NCBI GenBank assembly: GCA_021156165.1 | Contig: JAJNBM010000003.1 | Location: forward strand, 1,817 to 65,816 | Length of the DNA: 64,000 nt | DNA from: Gammaproteobacteria bacterium | GTDB taxonomy: Bacteria; Pseudomonadota; Gammaproteobacteria; UBA1113 | Direction: 5' to 3' | Shown here: positions 28,010 to 38,700 of the stretch, piece by piece | Layout: every line of letters begins with the position of its first letter | How positions within the stretch are numbered: the first letter of the stretch is position 1 | Program-made: the position numbers and the translations under genes | Notes under the pieces: model-generated | The model's input: only the letters and a program-made list of their open reading frames with translations | What the model was told of the DNA's origin: nothing | Database searches by the model: none

Positions 28010-30760
28010 CTACTGCCAACCAAATCTACGTATATAAAATCGTTTCATCAATTGAGTTACTACCATATAGGCCAATACAATTATCGGTATAAATGCGAAA
28101 TACAGTGGCGGCAAAGCAACGAGTCTGAAATAATGCGCCCATGGTCCCATAGGCAATAAAATACCTACGATCATAATGATTAAGGTGGTAGCCATCAACG
28201 GCGCTGCGGCACGGCTTTGAATGAACGGAATCTTCGGTGTACGAATCATGTGTACGATCATCGTCTGGGTGAGTAAACCCACCACAAACCAACCCGATTG
28301 AAATAAAGCTTTTTTTTGCATTGTATTTGCACTGAATACAAACCACATCATCATAAAGGTGAGGATGTCAAACAGTGAACTCACAGGCCCAAAAAATATC
28401 ATGAAACGGCCTATATTTCCTGGTTGCCAGCGCTGCGGTTTGGTAATCAACTCATCATCTACCTTGTCGAATGGAATAGCCACCTGTGAAATATCATACA
28501 AAAGATTTTGAGTCAACAATTGCAGTGGTAACATCGGTAGAAAAGGCAAAAAGAGAGATGCTATTAATATAGAAAATACATTACCAAAATTTGAACTTGC
28601 CGCCATCCTAATATATTTCAACATATTCGCAAAAGTACGCCGCCCTTCCAATACCCCTTCTTCTAATACCATTAAACTCTTCTCTAACAGAATAATGTCC
28701 GCCGCTTCTTTGGCAATATCCACCGCGGTGTCTACTGAAACGCCTATATCTGCAGCGCGCAATGCCGCGGCATCGTTGATGCCATCGCCTAGGAAACCCA
28801 CCACATGGCCATTACTTTTTAACAGGCGAATGATACGTTCTTTGTGAGTAGGTGTTAGTTTAGCAAATACATTGTTCTTCTCCACTAAAGGGCCCAACTC
28901 CGCATCGCTGAGCGCTTCAATTTGATTACCCAGTACTATCCCCTGCTGCTCTAAACCAACTTCACGACAGATCTTAGCAGTAACCCGCTCATTGTCGCCC
29001 GTTAAAACTTTTACGCTAATGCCATGTGCAGCCAAGGCTTGTAGTGCGGGTGCTGTGGAATCTTTAGGCGGATCCAGAAAAGCCACGTAACCCATCAAGG
29101 TTAATTCGCATTCATCCGTTACACTATAGATTTCTTTATTCGGTGGCAGTTCCTTAGCAGCCACCGCGACCACACGCAATCCTTCTTCGTTTAAATCGCC
29201 TGTTATTGACCGTATTTGCTGCAGAAGTTCAAATGTTAAGGGTTGAGTAGAATCTCCTTGCTGCACTTGGGTACACACCGACAGGATTTCGTCCACAGCA
29301 CCTTTACAAATTAATTCGTGGTGATCCTCACGCTCTGCTACCACCACCGACATACGTCGGCGCGTAAAGTCAAAAGGGATCTCATCTACTTTACGGTAAT
29401 TTCTCGCAGGATTCAGTGATTTATTTAAATCAGCTTGTTCTAGTACCGCAACATCCAGTAAGTTTTTCAATCCAGTTTGGTAATAGCTGTTCAGATACGC
29501 CATTTCCAATACTTCATCGGAATCTTTACCCCAAACGTCAACATGACGTGATAAGAAGACTTTATCTTGCGTCAATGTGCCCGTTTTATCGGTACATAAT
29601 ACATCCATAGCGCCAAAATTTTGCATTGCATCCAATCTTTTTACAATGACTTTTTTGCGCGATAAAATCATTGCCCCTTTGGCTAAGGTTGAAGTAACGA
29701 TCATCGGTAGCATTTCAGGGGTTAAACCAACCGCAACAGACAAAGCAAATAGCACCGCCTGTAACCAGTTTCCTTTGCTAAAGCCATTAATGAAAAGTAC
29801 CAAGGGCACCATCACAAGCATAAAGCGTATCAATAACCAGCTTACCTTATTGACACCGACCTGGAAGGCGGTTAGTGCGCGATCATTCTCTGTGACGCGA
29901 GTAGCTAAAGCGCCAAAATAAGTATGGTTGCCAGTTGAGATCACTAGCGCTCTCGCTGAACCAGATACCACATTAGTACCCATAAATAAGATATTATCTA
30001 AATCAAAAACATTCGTCGTGTTACTGCTTTTCAGCTCAGCAAACTTTTCTACTGCCATAGATTCACCCGTCATGGCTGCTTGTGCCACGAACAAATCTTT
30101 AGCTGTTAGTACACGGCAATCAGCAGGAATCATATCGCCTGCAGACAATAATATTATATCACCAGGGACTACTAACTTAATGGGCAATTCGCGTATTCGA
30201 CTTATCCCTACAGACAAATTCGGATCTAAATCAGCCGTATCTTCCGGTATATCGTATCGTAAAACTGTCGCCGTATTGCTCACCATAGCCTTCAATGCAT
30301 CTGCAGCTCGGCTTGATTTGCCTTCTTGCCAAAAACGTAGGAATGTCGATAACAATACCATAGCAAAAATCACCAAGGCACCGCTTGCATCACGGGTAAC
30401 ATAAGCCACTATAGCCAGTAGCGTTAATAATAAATTAAAAGGGTTGGTATAACAATGCCACAGATAGAGCCACCAAGGTAGCGGTTTCTCATGTTCAACC
30501 TCGTTTAAGCCTAAGTGTGCACGGATAACTTCAGCTTCGCTTTCAGTCAAACCGACTACATGAGCATCTAGCGTTTTGAATAGGGTATCGGTATCGCTGC
30601 TGGCAGCACTCAGAAGTGCCCGTGACAAGGTATCAGGCACTTCACGGCTAATACCGATGTGTGTCATGGTATCTAATAAAGTAAGTCGCCGAAAGTGACG
30701 CGCGATGTGTCTATTTTGTAGAAAATTTGCAAAAAACTCTTTCAAAGGTCTAAAGTTCAT
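28010..30760 (-). CDS. mgtA: magnesium-translocating P-type ATPase
   Basis: DKTGTLT phosphorylation motif, TGES, GDGxNDxP and 10 transmembrane segments. Collinear with MgtA. Confidence 0.9.
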   Translation of the reverse strand: MNFRPLKEFFANFLQNRHIARHFRRLTLLDTMTHIGISREVPDTLSRALLSAASSDTDTLFKTLDAHVVGLTESEAEVIRAHLGLNEVEHEKPLPWWLYLWHCYTNPFNLLLTLLAIVAYVTRDASGALVIFAMVLLSTFLRFWQEGKSSRAADALKAMVSNTATVLRYDIPEDTADLDPNLSVGISRIRELPIKLVVPGDIILLSAGDMIPADCRVLTAKDLFVAQAAMTGESMAVEKFAELKSSNTTNVFDLDNILFMGTNVVSGSARALVISTGNHTYFGALATRVTENDRALTAFQVGVNKVSWLLIRFMLVMVPLVLFINGFSKGNWLQAVLFALSVAVGLTPEMLPMIVTSTLAKGAMILSRKKVIVKRLDAMQNFGAMDVLCTDKTGTLTQDKVFLSRHVDVWGKDSDEVLEMAYLNSYYQTGLKNLLDVAVLEQADLNKSLNPARNYRKVDEIPFDFTRRRMSVVVAEREDHHELICKGAVDEILSVCTQVQQGDSTQPLTFELLQQIRSITGDLNEEGLRVVAVAAKELPPNKEIYSVTDECELTLMGYVAFLDPPKDSTAPALQALAAHGISVKVLTGDNERVTAKICREVGLEQQGIVLGNQIEALSDAELGPLVEKNNVFAKLTPTHKERIIRLLKSNGHVVGFLGDGINDAAALRAADIGVSVDTAVDIAKEAADIILLEKSLMVLEEGVLEGRRTFANMLKYIRMAASSNFGNVFSILIASLFLPFLPMLPLQLLTQNLLYDISQVAIPFDKVDDELITKPQRWQPGNIGRFMIFFGPVSSLFDILTFMMMWFVFSANTMQKKALFQSGWFVVGLLTQTMIVHMIRTPKIPFIQSRAAAPLMATTLIIMIVGILLPMGPWAHYFRLVALPPLYFAFIPIIVLAYMVVTQLMKRFYIRRFGWQ

Positions 30761-30784
30761 TTTTATATCCTTATGCTATCGCCT

Positions 30785-31486
30785 TTAGAAAATGGACACA
30801 GGCCCTAGAACGTCCTTAACAAAGGGAATAGTTAAACGTTTTTTTTCTGCCAAAGAAGCACCGTCTAGTTTTTCCAATAATAACAACAAGACTCCTAGAT
30901 CTCGTTGATAATGGTTCAATAAAAAATGGATCACCTCATCGCTGACTATCATACCCCGCTCTTTGGCACGCAATTGCAAAACAGCCGCTCTTTCTGCTTC
31001 CGTTAACAATTCAATATGGAATACTTGTCCCCAACTCAAGCGCGATTGCAGATCCGCTAAGCTACAGTTTAAACCGCGCACGGAAGTTTTTGCGGTACAG
31101 ACCCATATATTATCTTTATCCTGCATGCGATTATAGGCATCAAATAAAGCTTCTTCCCAGAGTGCTTGCCCTACCACGGCATCAATATCATCTATGCATA
31201 ATATATCTACTTGTTCCACATTCGCCAATATTTCCGGCGTATATAAGCTTGCTTCCTTTAAGGAAAGATACATGGTTGTCTTGTGAAGAGCGTTGGCTGT
31301 TTCGCACAGTGCATGCAATAAATGGGTTAAACCACAACCGGGGCTTCCCCACAAATAGGCGCTGGTTTTTTGGGGTAACAGCTCTTTTTGTAAATAATCG
31401 ACAATATTTTTATTTAGGCCGCCATAAAAATTGGCAAAGGTCATGTGCGATTGCGGCTGTAAACCTTTCAACAGCAGTTGCGTCAC
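30785..31486 (-). CDS. hda: DnaA regulatory inactivator Hda
   Basis: Short DnaA-domain-III paralog with a Walker A-like GSPGCGLTHLL and an arginine finger region. Confidence 0.85.
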   Translation of the reverse strand: MTQLLLKGLQPQSHMTFANFYGGLNKNIVDYLQKELLPQKTSAYLWGSPGCGLTHLLHALCETANALHKTTMYLSLKEASLYTPEILANVEQVDILCIDDIDAVVGQALWEEALFDAYNRMQDKDNIWVCTAKTSVRGLNCSLADLQSRLSWGQVFHIELLTEAERAAVLQLRAKERGMIVSDEVIHFLLNHYQRDLGVLLLLLEKLDGASLAEKKRLTIPFVKDVLGPVSIF

Positions 31487-32553
31487 GACGAATTCTTCGC
31501 ATATAGATTGCTTTTGATATAGCGATCTCTTAGATAACGCACAAAAACCATAATCACTGCAGCTACCGGCAAGGCCAGTAATATGCCAAAGAAGCCAAAC
31601 AAAGTGCCCCCCGCCAATACGGCAAAAATAACGGCTACCGGATGCAATTGGATCCTATCCCCTACTAAATAAGGCGTTAATAGTGCCCCTTCTATACTTT
31701 GCGCAATAACAAATACCAATACCACATACAGTAAATGCGGCCAATCGTGAAATTGAAAAAATGCGGCAATCAAAGCGCTAGTGAGTCCAACAATAAAACC
31801 TAAATAAGGAACAATACTCAATATTCCGGCAATAACACCAATTAACAGCGCCCAGTTGATATGAAATAAAGATAAGCCCACGCTGTAAAGTATTCCAAGC
31901 CCCATCATCACCAATAATTGGCCACGCAAAAAACCGCTTAAAACAGCATCACATTCTTTTAATAATCGTATGGTAATGGGTTCTATACGCCTAGGGATCA
32001 ATAGATGAATAGCCTGTAACAAGCGATCCCAATCGCGCAATAGGTAAAATAAAACCACCGGTATTAATAATAAGCTGGTGAAAAAACCAATGACCACTAA
32101 GCTCGAACCGGCAAATGTTTTAAAAAGAGTAGGTATATATTGCCCCGCTTGTTTCCAATGGGTTTGTAAGGTGCTTTGCAAAGTATCTTGCCATGGATTT
32201 TCTTCCCAATCCATATTTAAATTAAAATGGGATGCCGCCCAGGGTAAAATATCTTCCTTTACACGCGCGATAATATTCGGTAATGCTTGCAGCAAATTGA
32301 TCACTTGCTGTTCTAAGGCGGGAATAAGGAAAATTAAACTTAAAATAAATAAGCCGAATAAAGCCAAAAAGACTATAACGACGCTGAGGGTTCGCCCCAG
32401 ATGCAACCTTTGCAAAAAAACTACCCATGAATTGGTTAAATAGGCCAATATCGTCGCCACTAAAAAAGGGGTTAATATGGCAGAAATTTTATAAATAAAA
32501 AAACCTAGGGCCGCTACAGCAAATAACACCATCCATTTTCTAGTATCGCTCAT
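31483..32553 (-). CDS. AI-2E family transporter (PerM-like permease)
   Basis: 356 aa with 8 transmembrane segments in the UPF0118 pattern. 4-nt overlap with hda. Confidence 0.8.
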   Translation of the reverse strand: MSDTRKWMVLFAVAALGFFIYKISAILTPFLVATILAYLTNSWVVFLQRLHLGRTLSVVIVFLALFGLFILSLIFLIPALEQQVINLLQALPNIIARVKEDILPWAASHFNLNMDWEENPWQDTLQSTLQTHWKQAGQYIPTLFKTFAGSSLVVIGFFTSLLLIPVVLFYLLRDWDRLLQAIHLLIPRRIEPITIRLLKECDAVLSGFLRGQLLVMMGLGILYSVGLSLFHINWALLIGVIAGILSIVPYLGFIVGLTSALIAAFFQFHDWPHLLYVVLVFVIAQSIEGALLTPYLVGDRIQLHPVAVIFAVLAGGTLFGFFGILLALPVAAVIMVFVRYLRDRYIKSNLYAKNSS

Positions 32554-32558
32554 AGTAA

Positions 32559-33119
32559 TTAATCTCCTTTTCGACTAAATGCACGCCAACCCCAAACCCA
32601 AATATAGTGGATCATACTGGCTGCAGTGGTAAATAACACCGCGTAGATCAGTATGGTGATCCAGAGAATATTAAAGAAGCCATAGCTATGATTTGCTAAC
32701 ACAACCATTACTAAAATAATTTGCAAACAAGTATTGGCCTTACTGATCAAACTGGGTTTAAACTCATACTGGCCAATTAGAAAGTGATAACACATGCCGC
32801 CGGTGACGATCACCACATCGCGTGTTAACACTATAGCCAATAACCAGACCGGCAGTATATTTAAATAAGTTAAAGCAAAATAACTGCTGACCATCAATAA
32901 CTTATCCGCTAGAGGATCGACCATTGCGCCCCAACGACTGATCCACTGAAAACGACGCGCTAAATAGCCATCTATGGCATCGGTTAAGCCCGCGAATAAA
33001 AATAGAAAAAAAGCTAATTTATAATTTTGCATTAGTAAACCAACGACTATAGGCCCTACTAATAGCAACCGGAAAACAGTAATAATATTGGGAATATACG
33101 CTGGATTCATAGTGCCCAC
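32559..33119 (-). CDS. pgsA: CDP-diacylglycerol--glycerol-3-phosphate 3-phosphatidyltransferase
   Basis: CDP-alcohol phosphatidyltransferase motif DAIDGYLARR...GAMVDPLADK. Collinear with E. coli PgsA. Confidence 0.8.
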   Translation of the reverse strand: MGTMNPAYIPNIITVFRLLLVGPIVVGLLMQNYKLAFFLFLFAGLTDAIDGYLARRFQWISRWGAMVDPLADKLLMVSSYFALTYLNILPVWLLAIVLTRDVVIVTGGMCYHFLIGQYEFKPSLISKANTCLQIILVMVVLANHSYGFFNILWITILIYAVLFTTAASMIHYIWVWGWRAFSRKGD

Positions 33120-34255
33120 TGATAAATTAATGCATCACTTGGGATGTTTTTATCTGCTGATTGTGTTTTTACTAAGGTCAATACCTGATCGGCAATAGCT
33201 TGTTGTAAAGCAGCACTGCCTCCTTGTGCATTGATAGTTAAGATCACTTCATCCGGTGATACTTCCACCACCTCGATGTCTTGCACCGGCGCTAATTGTT
33301 GTAAATTATTCTTTAAGCCATCCAGAGCCGATAAATCAGCGATACCATAAACCACCACCTCTACTGGACTCACCGGTAAGGGTGCTTGTGGCACAAGGGG
33401 GGCTTGGGGCTTAACGCCTTGCGTCATCATAGATGACAATTGCCCCATGCCACCTCGCAAGGCACTGGCTGCATCATTAGCGCTAAAGGCCCAATCCACA
33501 CTGTTCTGTGGTGTTTTTAGTGTCCATTCACTCGTCCACAGAGCTGTATCTCCATCGCCTTTACTCAGATGCACCAATAAAATGCCATCATGCGTATACC
33601 GTTTCGAAGCCGCATCAATGCTAGGCCAATCCCCACCCCAAGCCTGAGCTGCACTCAAAGTCTTTAAATCGGTTAAATCGAGCAAAGGCCACTCTATATC
33701 GATAGAGGATTGTTTTACTGAAGTATCTATTGTTTTTGCATACGGCGAAGCACTGCCTAATAGTTGCTGTTGCTCCCCACTTTCTATAACCAACCAGGCG
33801 AGGAATCTCTGTGGCGGTCCAGCAGTGGGAATATTTTGGCCTTTGCTTTTTAATAGCCGGGAAATAGCGGCGGGATCGAAGTCTATTTGTAGGGTAAATG
33901 CGCTGCCGTTACTGGCGGGAATATATTGATAACTCAACATCCAATCTTGGGCATGACTTAAGCTATCTGCCCAAGCCGGATCTTTATCTATATTTTGTAT
34001 ATTAGTTAACCTGGATAATAGCTGCGCTAATGCCATTTTTAATTCATCGCTGCTGGGCTGGCTTTCAGCACTAATAATGGGCAATTGAGCACGGTATAGG
34101 CTAGAATCAGTCATAGCCACCGCCATGGCGCATAAAGAGGCCATGAATAGGACAAAAATAACTAAACTGGTATAAGCTCGTTTCATACTGCGACAATCTT
34201 GCCATAGGCGGTAATAATGTGGCCTTATTTTACACCTTTTTGAGAGTTGCGGCAA
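33107..34255 (-). CDS. exported hypothetical protein (DUF2066-like)
   Basis: The signal peptide starts at the internal Met near 34186. No catalytic motif. Confidence 0.45.
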   Translation of the reverse strand: MPQLSKRCKIRPHYYRLWQDCRSMKRAYTSLVIFVLFMASLCAMAVAMTDSSLYRAQLPIISAESQPSSDELKMALAQLLSRLTNIQNIDKDPAWADSLSHAQDWMLSYQYIPASNGSAFTLQIDFDPAAISRLLKSKGQNIPTAGPPQRFLAWLVIESGEQQQLLGSASPYAKTIDTSVKQSSIDIEWPLLDLTDLKTLSAAQAWGGDWPSIDAASKRYTHDGILLVHLSKGDGDTALWTSEWTLKTPQNSVDWAFSANDAASALRGGMGQLSSMMTQGVKPQAPLVPQAPLPVSPVEVVVYGIADLSALDGLKNNLQQLAPVQDIEVVEVSPDEVILTINAQGGSAALQQAIADQVLTLVKTQSADKNIPSDALIYQWAL

Positions 34256-34460
34256 AGTGTTCAGGAATTATACTGGTTAAGCGATATTCCCTTGCCGGGT
34301 GTGTTGATGTGAGTTAAACTATGCATAGCTATTACATTCTTCTATAGGTTGGTATGCTTAGCGATGAGAAGGGCCTGTGAAAGTACCAGCCTGCCACACT
34401 TACATACCCTAGTAAGCACCCCAACGTATAATAACTGGTAACTGGAGGGTTATTTTAGTC

Positions 34461-34727
34461 ATGTCCAATATTGTTAATATTATTTTTTCTGTTGCGTTGT
34501 TTTTAAATGCGGCCATTTTTATTCCACAAGCAGTGAGGATTTACACTACAAAATCAGCTCAAGGCGTTTCTTTATTAACTTTTGGAGGGTTATTGGTTAT
34601 TCAATTTGCTACTGTGTTACATGCCATAATGATGCGGGATTATATATTATTAATAGGCTATTTATTAAGCATATTGACTTGTGGAACGGTTGTTGTGCTT
34701 GTGCTGATAAATAAGCGTAATAACTAA
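34461..34727 (+). CDS. SemiSWEET / PQ-loop family small transporter
   Basis: 88 aa with three transmembrane segments and a PQ motif (IPQAVRIY) in TM1. Confidence 0.55.
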   Translation: MSNIVNIIFSVALFLNAAIFIPQAVRIYTTKSAQGVSLLTFGGLLVIQFATVLHAIMMRDYILLIGYLLSILTCGTVVVLVLINKRNN

Positions 34728-34818
34728 ATATTATTAAACCCTGCCTAGTAAGTCATATTCTTAGCGTTTATCTTATTTTCTTGCTTGCACACTCGCGTAA
34801 AATGAGAGTGTAAAAAAT

Positions 34819-35658
34819 TTGACAGGCTCTATTTCTTACTTTACTATCGCCGTACCAGGCATAGGTTACATTACGCTACTATATTATTTTATAAAATCGG
34901 GAGCAATTGTGAATAACAACATTAAAACTATTGTCAAAGCCTCTTTTAAAGATTGCCCTATTGAAGAGAGAAAAATTTTTCATAAATCACATTGTCTCAT
35001 GCCAATCAGTATTGGGCAAAAAATACATGAAGGAGAAAAATTTATAGCTACCATGCGCTTAGTTGAAAGAACTTTTGCACGTTGTACTATCTTGCTAGAT
35101 GATAGCGTACAGAAATATACTTTAAAGATAGAATCCGAAACAGACTTAATAACTTTGCATCAGCAGGCCATTGAAGCCGGAACAGATTGGTTGCAGCGAC
35201 AAAAAAAGTTGTTATTGGAAGAACTGGCTATACCCTGTACCGTAATAAGATGGGATGATTGGCTTGTTCTGCCTGAATATCCTGAAAATCACAAAAAGGT
35301 AGCTTCTTTATACAATGAAAATTTAATTTATAGGGATGCCATTGATAATACTATCAAAGATTTTTTAGATAGGTATGTGGCACATGGTACAAGTTCTTCT
35401 TTTGATTATGTCAAGGCACATGATTTATGCTTTACCTACCTTTTAGAAGAGTGCGCTGTCATGTCACTTTGGGTTAAAGGAGAATATGATTTTGAATTGT
35501 ATCCAAGCGGTAGAAATAAAGCCATGGCGGCCACATATGAGTTTTTTATAAAAAACCAATACCCAAACTTGCTAAAATCAGTCGGATTGCGGTTTAAAAA
35601 ATATAAGAATATAATAGACCAAACGATGGGTGAACGAGAAGAGATGGCTAAATATTAA
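34819..35658 (+). CDS. cyclodipeptide synthase (CDPS)-like protein, XYP subfamily
   Basis: PISIGQK aligns to the CDPS G-x-S catalytic loop. YLLEE gives a Y and an E four residues on, matching AlbC Y178/E182. LYPSG gives Y-P, matching AlbC Y202/P203. Confidence 0.5.
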   Translation: MTGSISYFTIAVPGIGYITLLYYFIKSGAIVNNNIKTIVKASFKDCPIEERKIFHKSHCLMPISIGQKIHEGEKFIATMRLVERTFARCTILLDDSVQKYTLKIESETDLITLHQQAIEAGTDWLQRQKKLLLEELAIPCTVIRWDDWLVLPEYPENHKKVASLYNENLIYRDAIDNTIKDFLDRYVAHGTSSSFDYVKAHDLCFTYLLEECAVMSLWVKGEYDFELYPSGRNKAMAATYEFFIKNQYPNLLKSVGLRFKKYKNIIDQTMGEREEMAKY

Positions 35659-35666
35659 GGAACTCT

Positions 35667-35710
35667 GTTTGAGTAAAGCTGCTGGGGCGACCCAGCACCT
35701 CTGCTCAAAC
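35667..35710 (+). other. long imperfect stem-loop in the CDPS-kinase intergenic region
   Basis: gtttgagtaaagctgctgggg-cgac-cccagcacctctgctcaaac, about 15 of 19 positions paired. Confidence 0.3.
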
Positions 35711-35763
35711 CAGCAACTATCCTCTTTAACGCTAAGGGTGCTCAAAGCAGAACTGTATCTGAA

Positions 35764-38700
35764 ATGCGTTCACTCAAGCGTCTTGGCGAAAAACAACGTA
35801 TTTTTTTAGAGGGAGTTATTATAATGAAAGATGATGAGACAATAAAAGCGTTAGAGTCTGAAATTTTAGAACGAGATAATATAATTCAGGACCAAAAAAT
35901 AAAAATTGATCAGCTTTTTAATATTATAAATACCATTCCTGGTAGCGTATATTGGAAAGACTTAACCGGCCGTTATCTTGGTTGTAATGACTATCAAAAA
36001 AACATGAATGGTGGCAGAGACTTAATTGGCCTAAAAGATAATGAACTGCCCTGGGCTGAAAAAGTAGCTGAAATAAGAAAAAACGATGACGCTGTTATTT
36101 CTACGGGTGCTATTCTAGAATTTGAAGAACACCCTATTTTAGCCAGCGGCGAGCGCATTACTACGTTAACCCGCAAAGCACCTCTATATAATAAGGACAA
36201 AGATATAATTGGGGTCCTTGGAATTTCTCTAGATATTAGTGGTAGAGAAAAAAGTATTCAAAATATTATTCGCGAAAAAAACGTTTTAAAAGAAGAAAAG
36301 GAATTTATAGAATCAACCTTAAGCAATATAGTCGCCGATATGCCTGGGCATGTGTATTGGAAAAATAGAGAGGGTGTTTATCTGGGGTGTAATGATAGAC
36401 AGGCAAAAAGCCTAGGGTTTAATTCGGGCAAAGGTGTCATTGGCAAGACAGACTTTGATTTATCATGGGGGTCTAGTATTGCTGAAAATTTTAGGGAAAA
36501 TGACTTGTTAGTGATGAATACGCAGTGTATGCACACCGTAGAAGAAGATACCACTATAGACGGCGTAAAGAGGACTATGTTAAGCCAAAAAACGCCTCTT
36601 AAAGATAATAAGGGTAATATTGTAGGTGTTCTTGGTATCTCTATAGAGATTACAAGGTTAAAAAACATACAAGAGGAACTTGTACGCGCCAAAGAAAAAG
36701 CCGAAGCCGCTAACAAAGCAAAAACAGAATTTGTGCAAAACATGCAGCACGATATACGCACGCCCTGTGCAGGTCTTTGGGGCGTGTTGAACATACTAGC
36801 CAAAGCAGAAGAAGATCACAACAAAAAAGAAGCGTTAGACATGGCTGCTGCAGCGAGTAAAAAGCTTTTAGAACTATGCAATGAAGCAGTTGAATTCGGT
36901 GATTTGAGCAGCAATGTAAGGCCTGTACTTGAAAAAGCGCTAAATATACGTGAATTGGCGGAATCGATAGTTGAACTTAATAAACCAGCCGCTTTTGCTA
37001 AAGATCTGCTCATTCACTTTAAGGTGGATGCTTCAATACCCGCCCAAATCCTCTGCGATGAATTTCGCTTGAGCCGTATCCTCGTTAATTTAATGGGCAA
37101 TGCGTTAAAATTCACTAATAAAGGCGAAGTCGCTTTAAATCTCAAGGCCGAAGTAGATAAAGAGACACACCGCGGCTGGTTAACCCTAGAAATAAAGGAC
37201 ACGGGTATAGGCATTCCTGCAGACAAAATTAAGACTATTTATGAGAAATTTAGTCGTGCGGTGGCTTCTAATACCAACTTGTATCCCGGAACCGGTTTAG
37301 GTTTGTATGTGGTAAAAACTTTTGTGGATGAGCTAAACGGCAACATTGAGCTTGAAAGCCGTGAAAATGAAGGAACTTCGTTTAAAGTGGGCATTCCTTT
37401 TAAAGTTCGTTGGGAGGATATGAAAAAACCAGGCGTAGAAATTGACGAATATTTCAGATCGCCGATTGATCTGACCGCTGAAGTAACACAAAACCCAGAA
37501 GCAATTTTCCAAAAGACATCTCTAGCGAAAAAGCCATTTACTCATACGCTTTTAATTATCGAAGATGATAAAACCTGCCTTTTTGCGGAAAAGAATTTAT
37601 TGTCTACTTATACCAACCAGATTGATGTTGCGGAAAATGTAGCCGAAGCCTTAGAGAAATTAGCCACTAAACGATATGATTTAGTGATTTCTGATCTGGG
37701 TTTGCCAGATGGTTCCGGTAACGATATTGTCGCCAAGGTCAAAGCCACCCCAGAATCGGCGAACTATAACACCCCTTTTGTAGCGATGACGGCCCACCAA
37801 GACGCTTTAAAACATCAACAGGCGATGAAGGCGGGTTTTACAGCAACTCACATTAAACCTTTAGGTGCCGAAAAAGCGGTAGAGCTTTTAAAGTCTTATC
37901 CAGCGCAGGAATCTGGAATCTCACCTCAGGAAGTTATTATCTCTCCTAAAGTAGAAGGTAAACCCGTAATCGATTTGGCTTTAGGAAGGCAACGGATCGC
38001 AGCCAATAATGAAGAGCAAGCGATAGAAGCGCTAGGTGTTTTATGGGAAACTCTGCAAATAGATATCCCCCTATTGCAACTTGCAGCAGAAAATAACGAC
38101 CTTGCAGGGGCAAACGCTATTTTACTTAAGATACGCGGCGGCTTATATTACACTGGTACACCCCGCTTAGAGGAAGCCTGTGAGGTGTTGCATACAGAGG
38201 TAGGGCGCGGTGTTAAAGATTTGAGAAAAATTCATAGTTTATTTTCTGCGTTTTATGATGAGGCAAAACTATTTGCGGAGCAATTTAAAGAGCTAGTGAA
38301 GGGCGTGAATGCACAAAAAGAAGCTGAACATTTAAGAATGGTAAATGAAAAGCAAAAAGCACTGTTAGAACAGGAGGCAAAATTCACTCAAATAGCCAAT
38401 CAAGTCGCACATGATATACGCTCACCACTGGCCACTTTATCTATGATCGTGGAATCCTGCACACACATTCCGGAAACCCAGCGCCTCGCTTTAAGAGAAG
38501 CAGCCATCGGCATAGAAGATATTGCCAATCACCTACTCCATGAATATAAAAAAAAAGGCTCAGATGAAGTTACAGAGCATGAGGCATGTCACCCCCTCTT
38601 AGTGTCTGCTGCTTTGCTAGAATCCTTAACCCATAAAAAATATCAATACGACAAGTGCCCCATTCAGTTTGATTGCACAATGGCCCTCAATGCCCAATTT

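Noticed and set aside
36378-37226. Several minus-strand ORFs (141, 65 and 70 aa) inside the sensor kinase gene
   Set aside because: Antisense frames within a long, motif-rich CDS.
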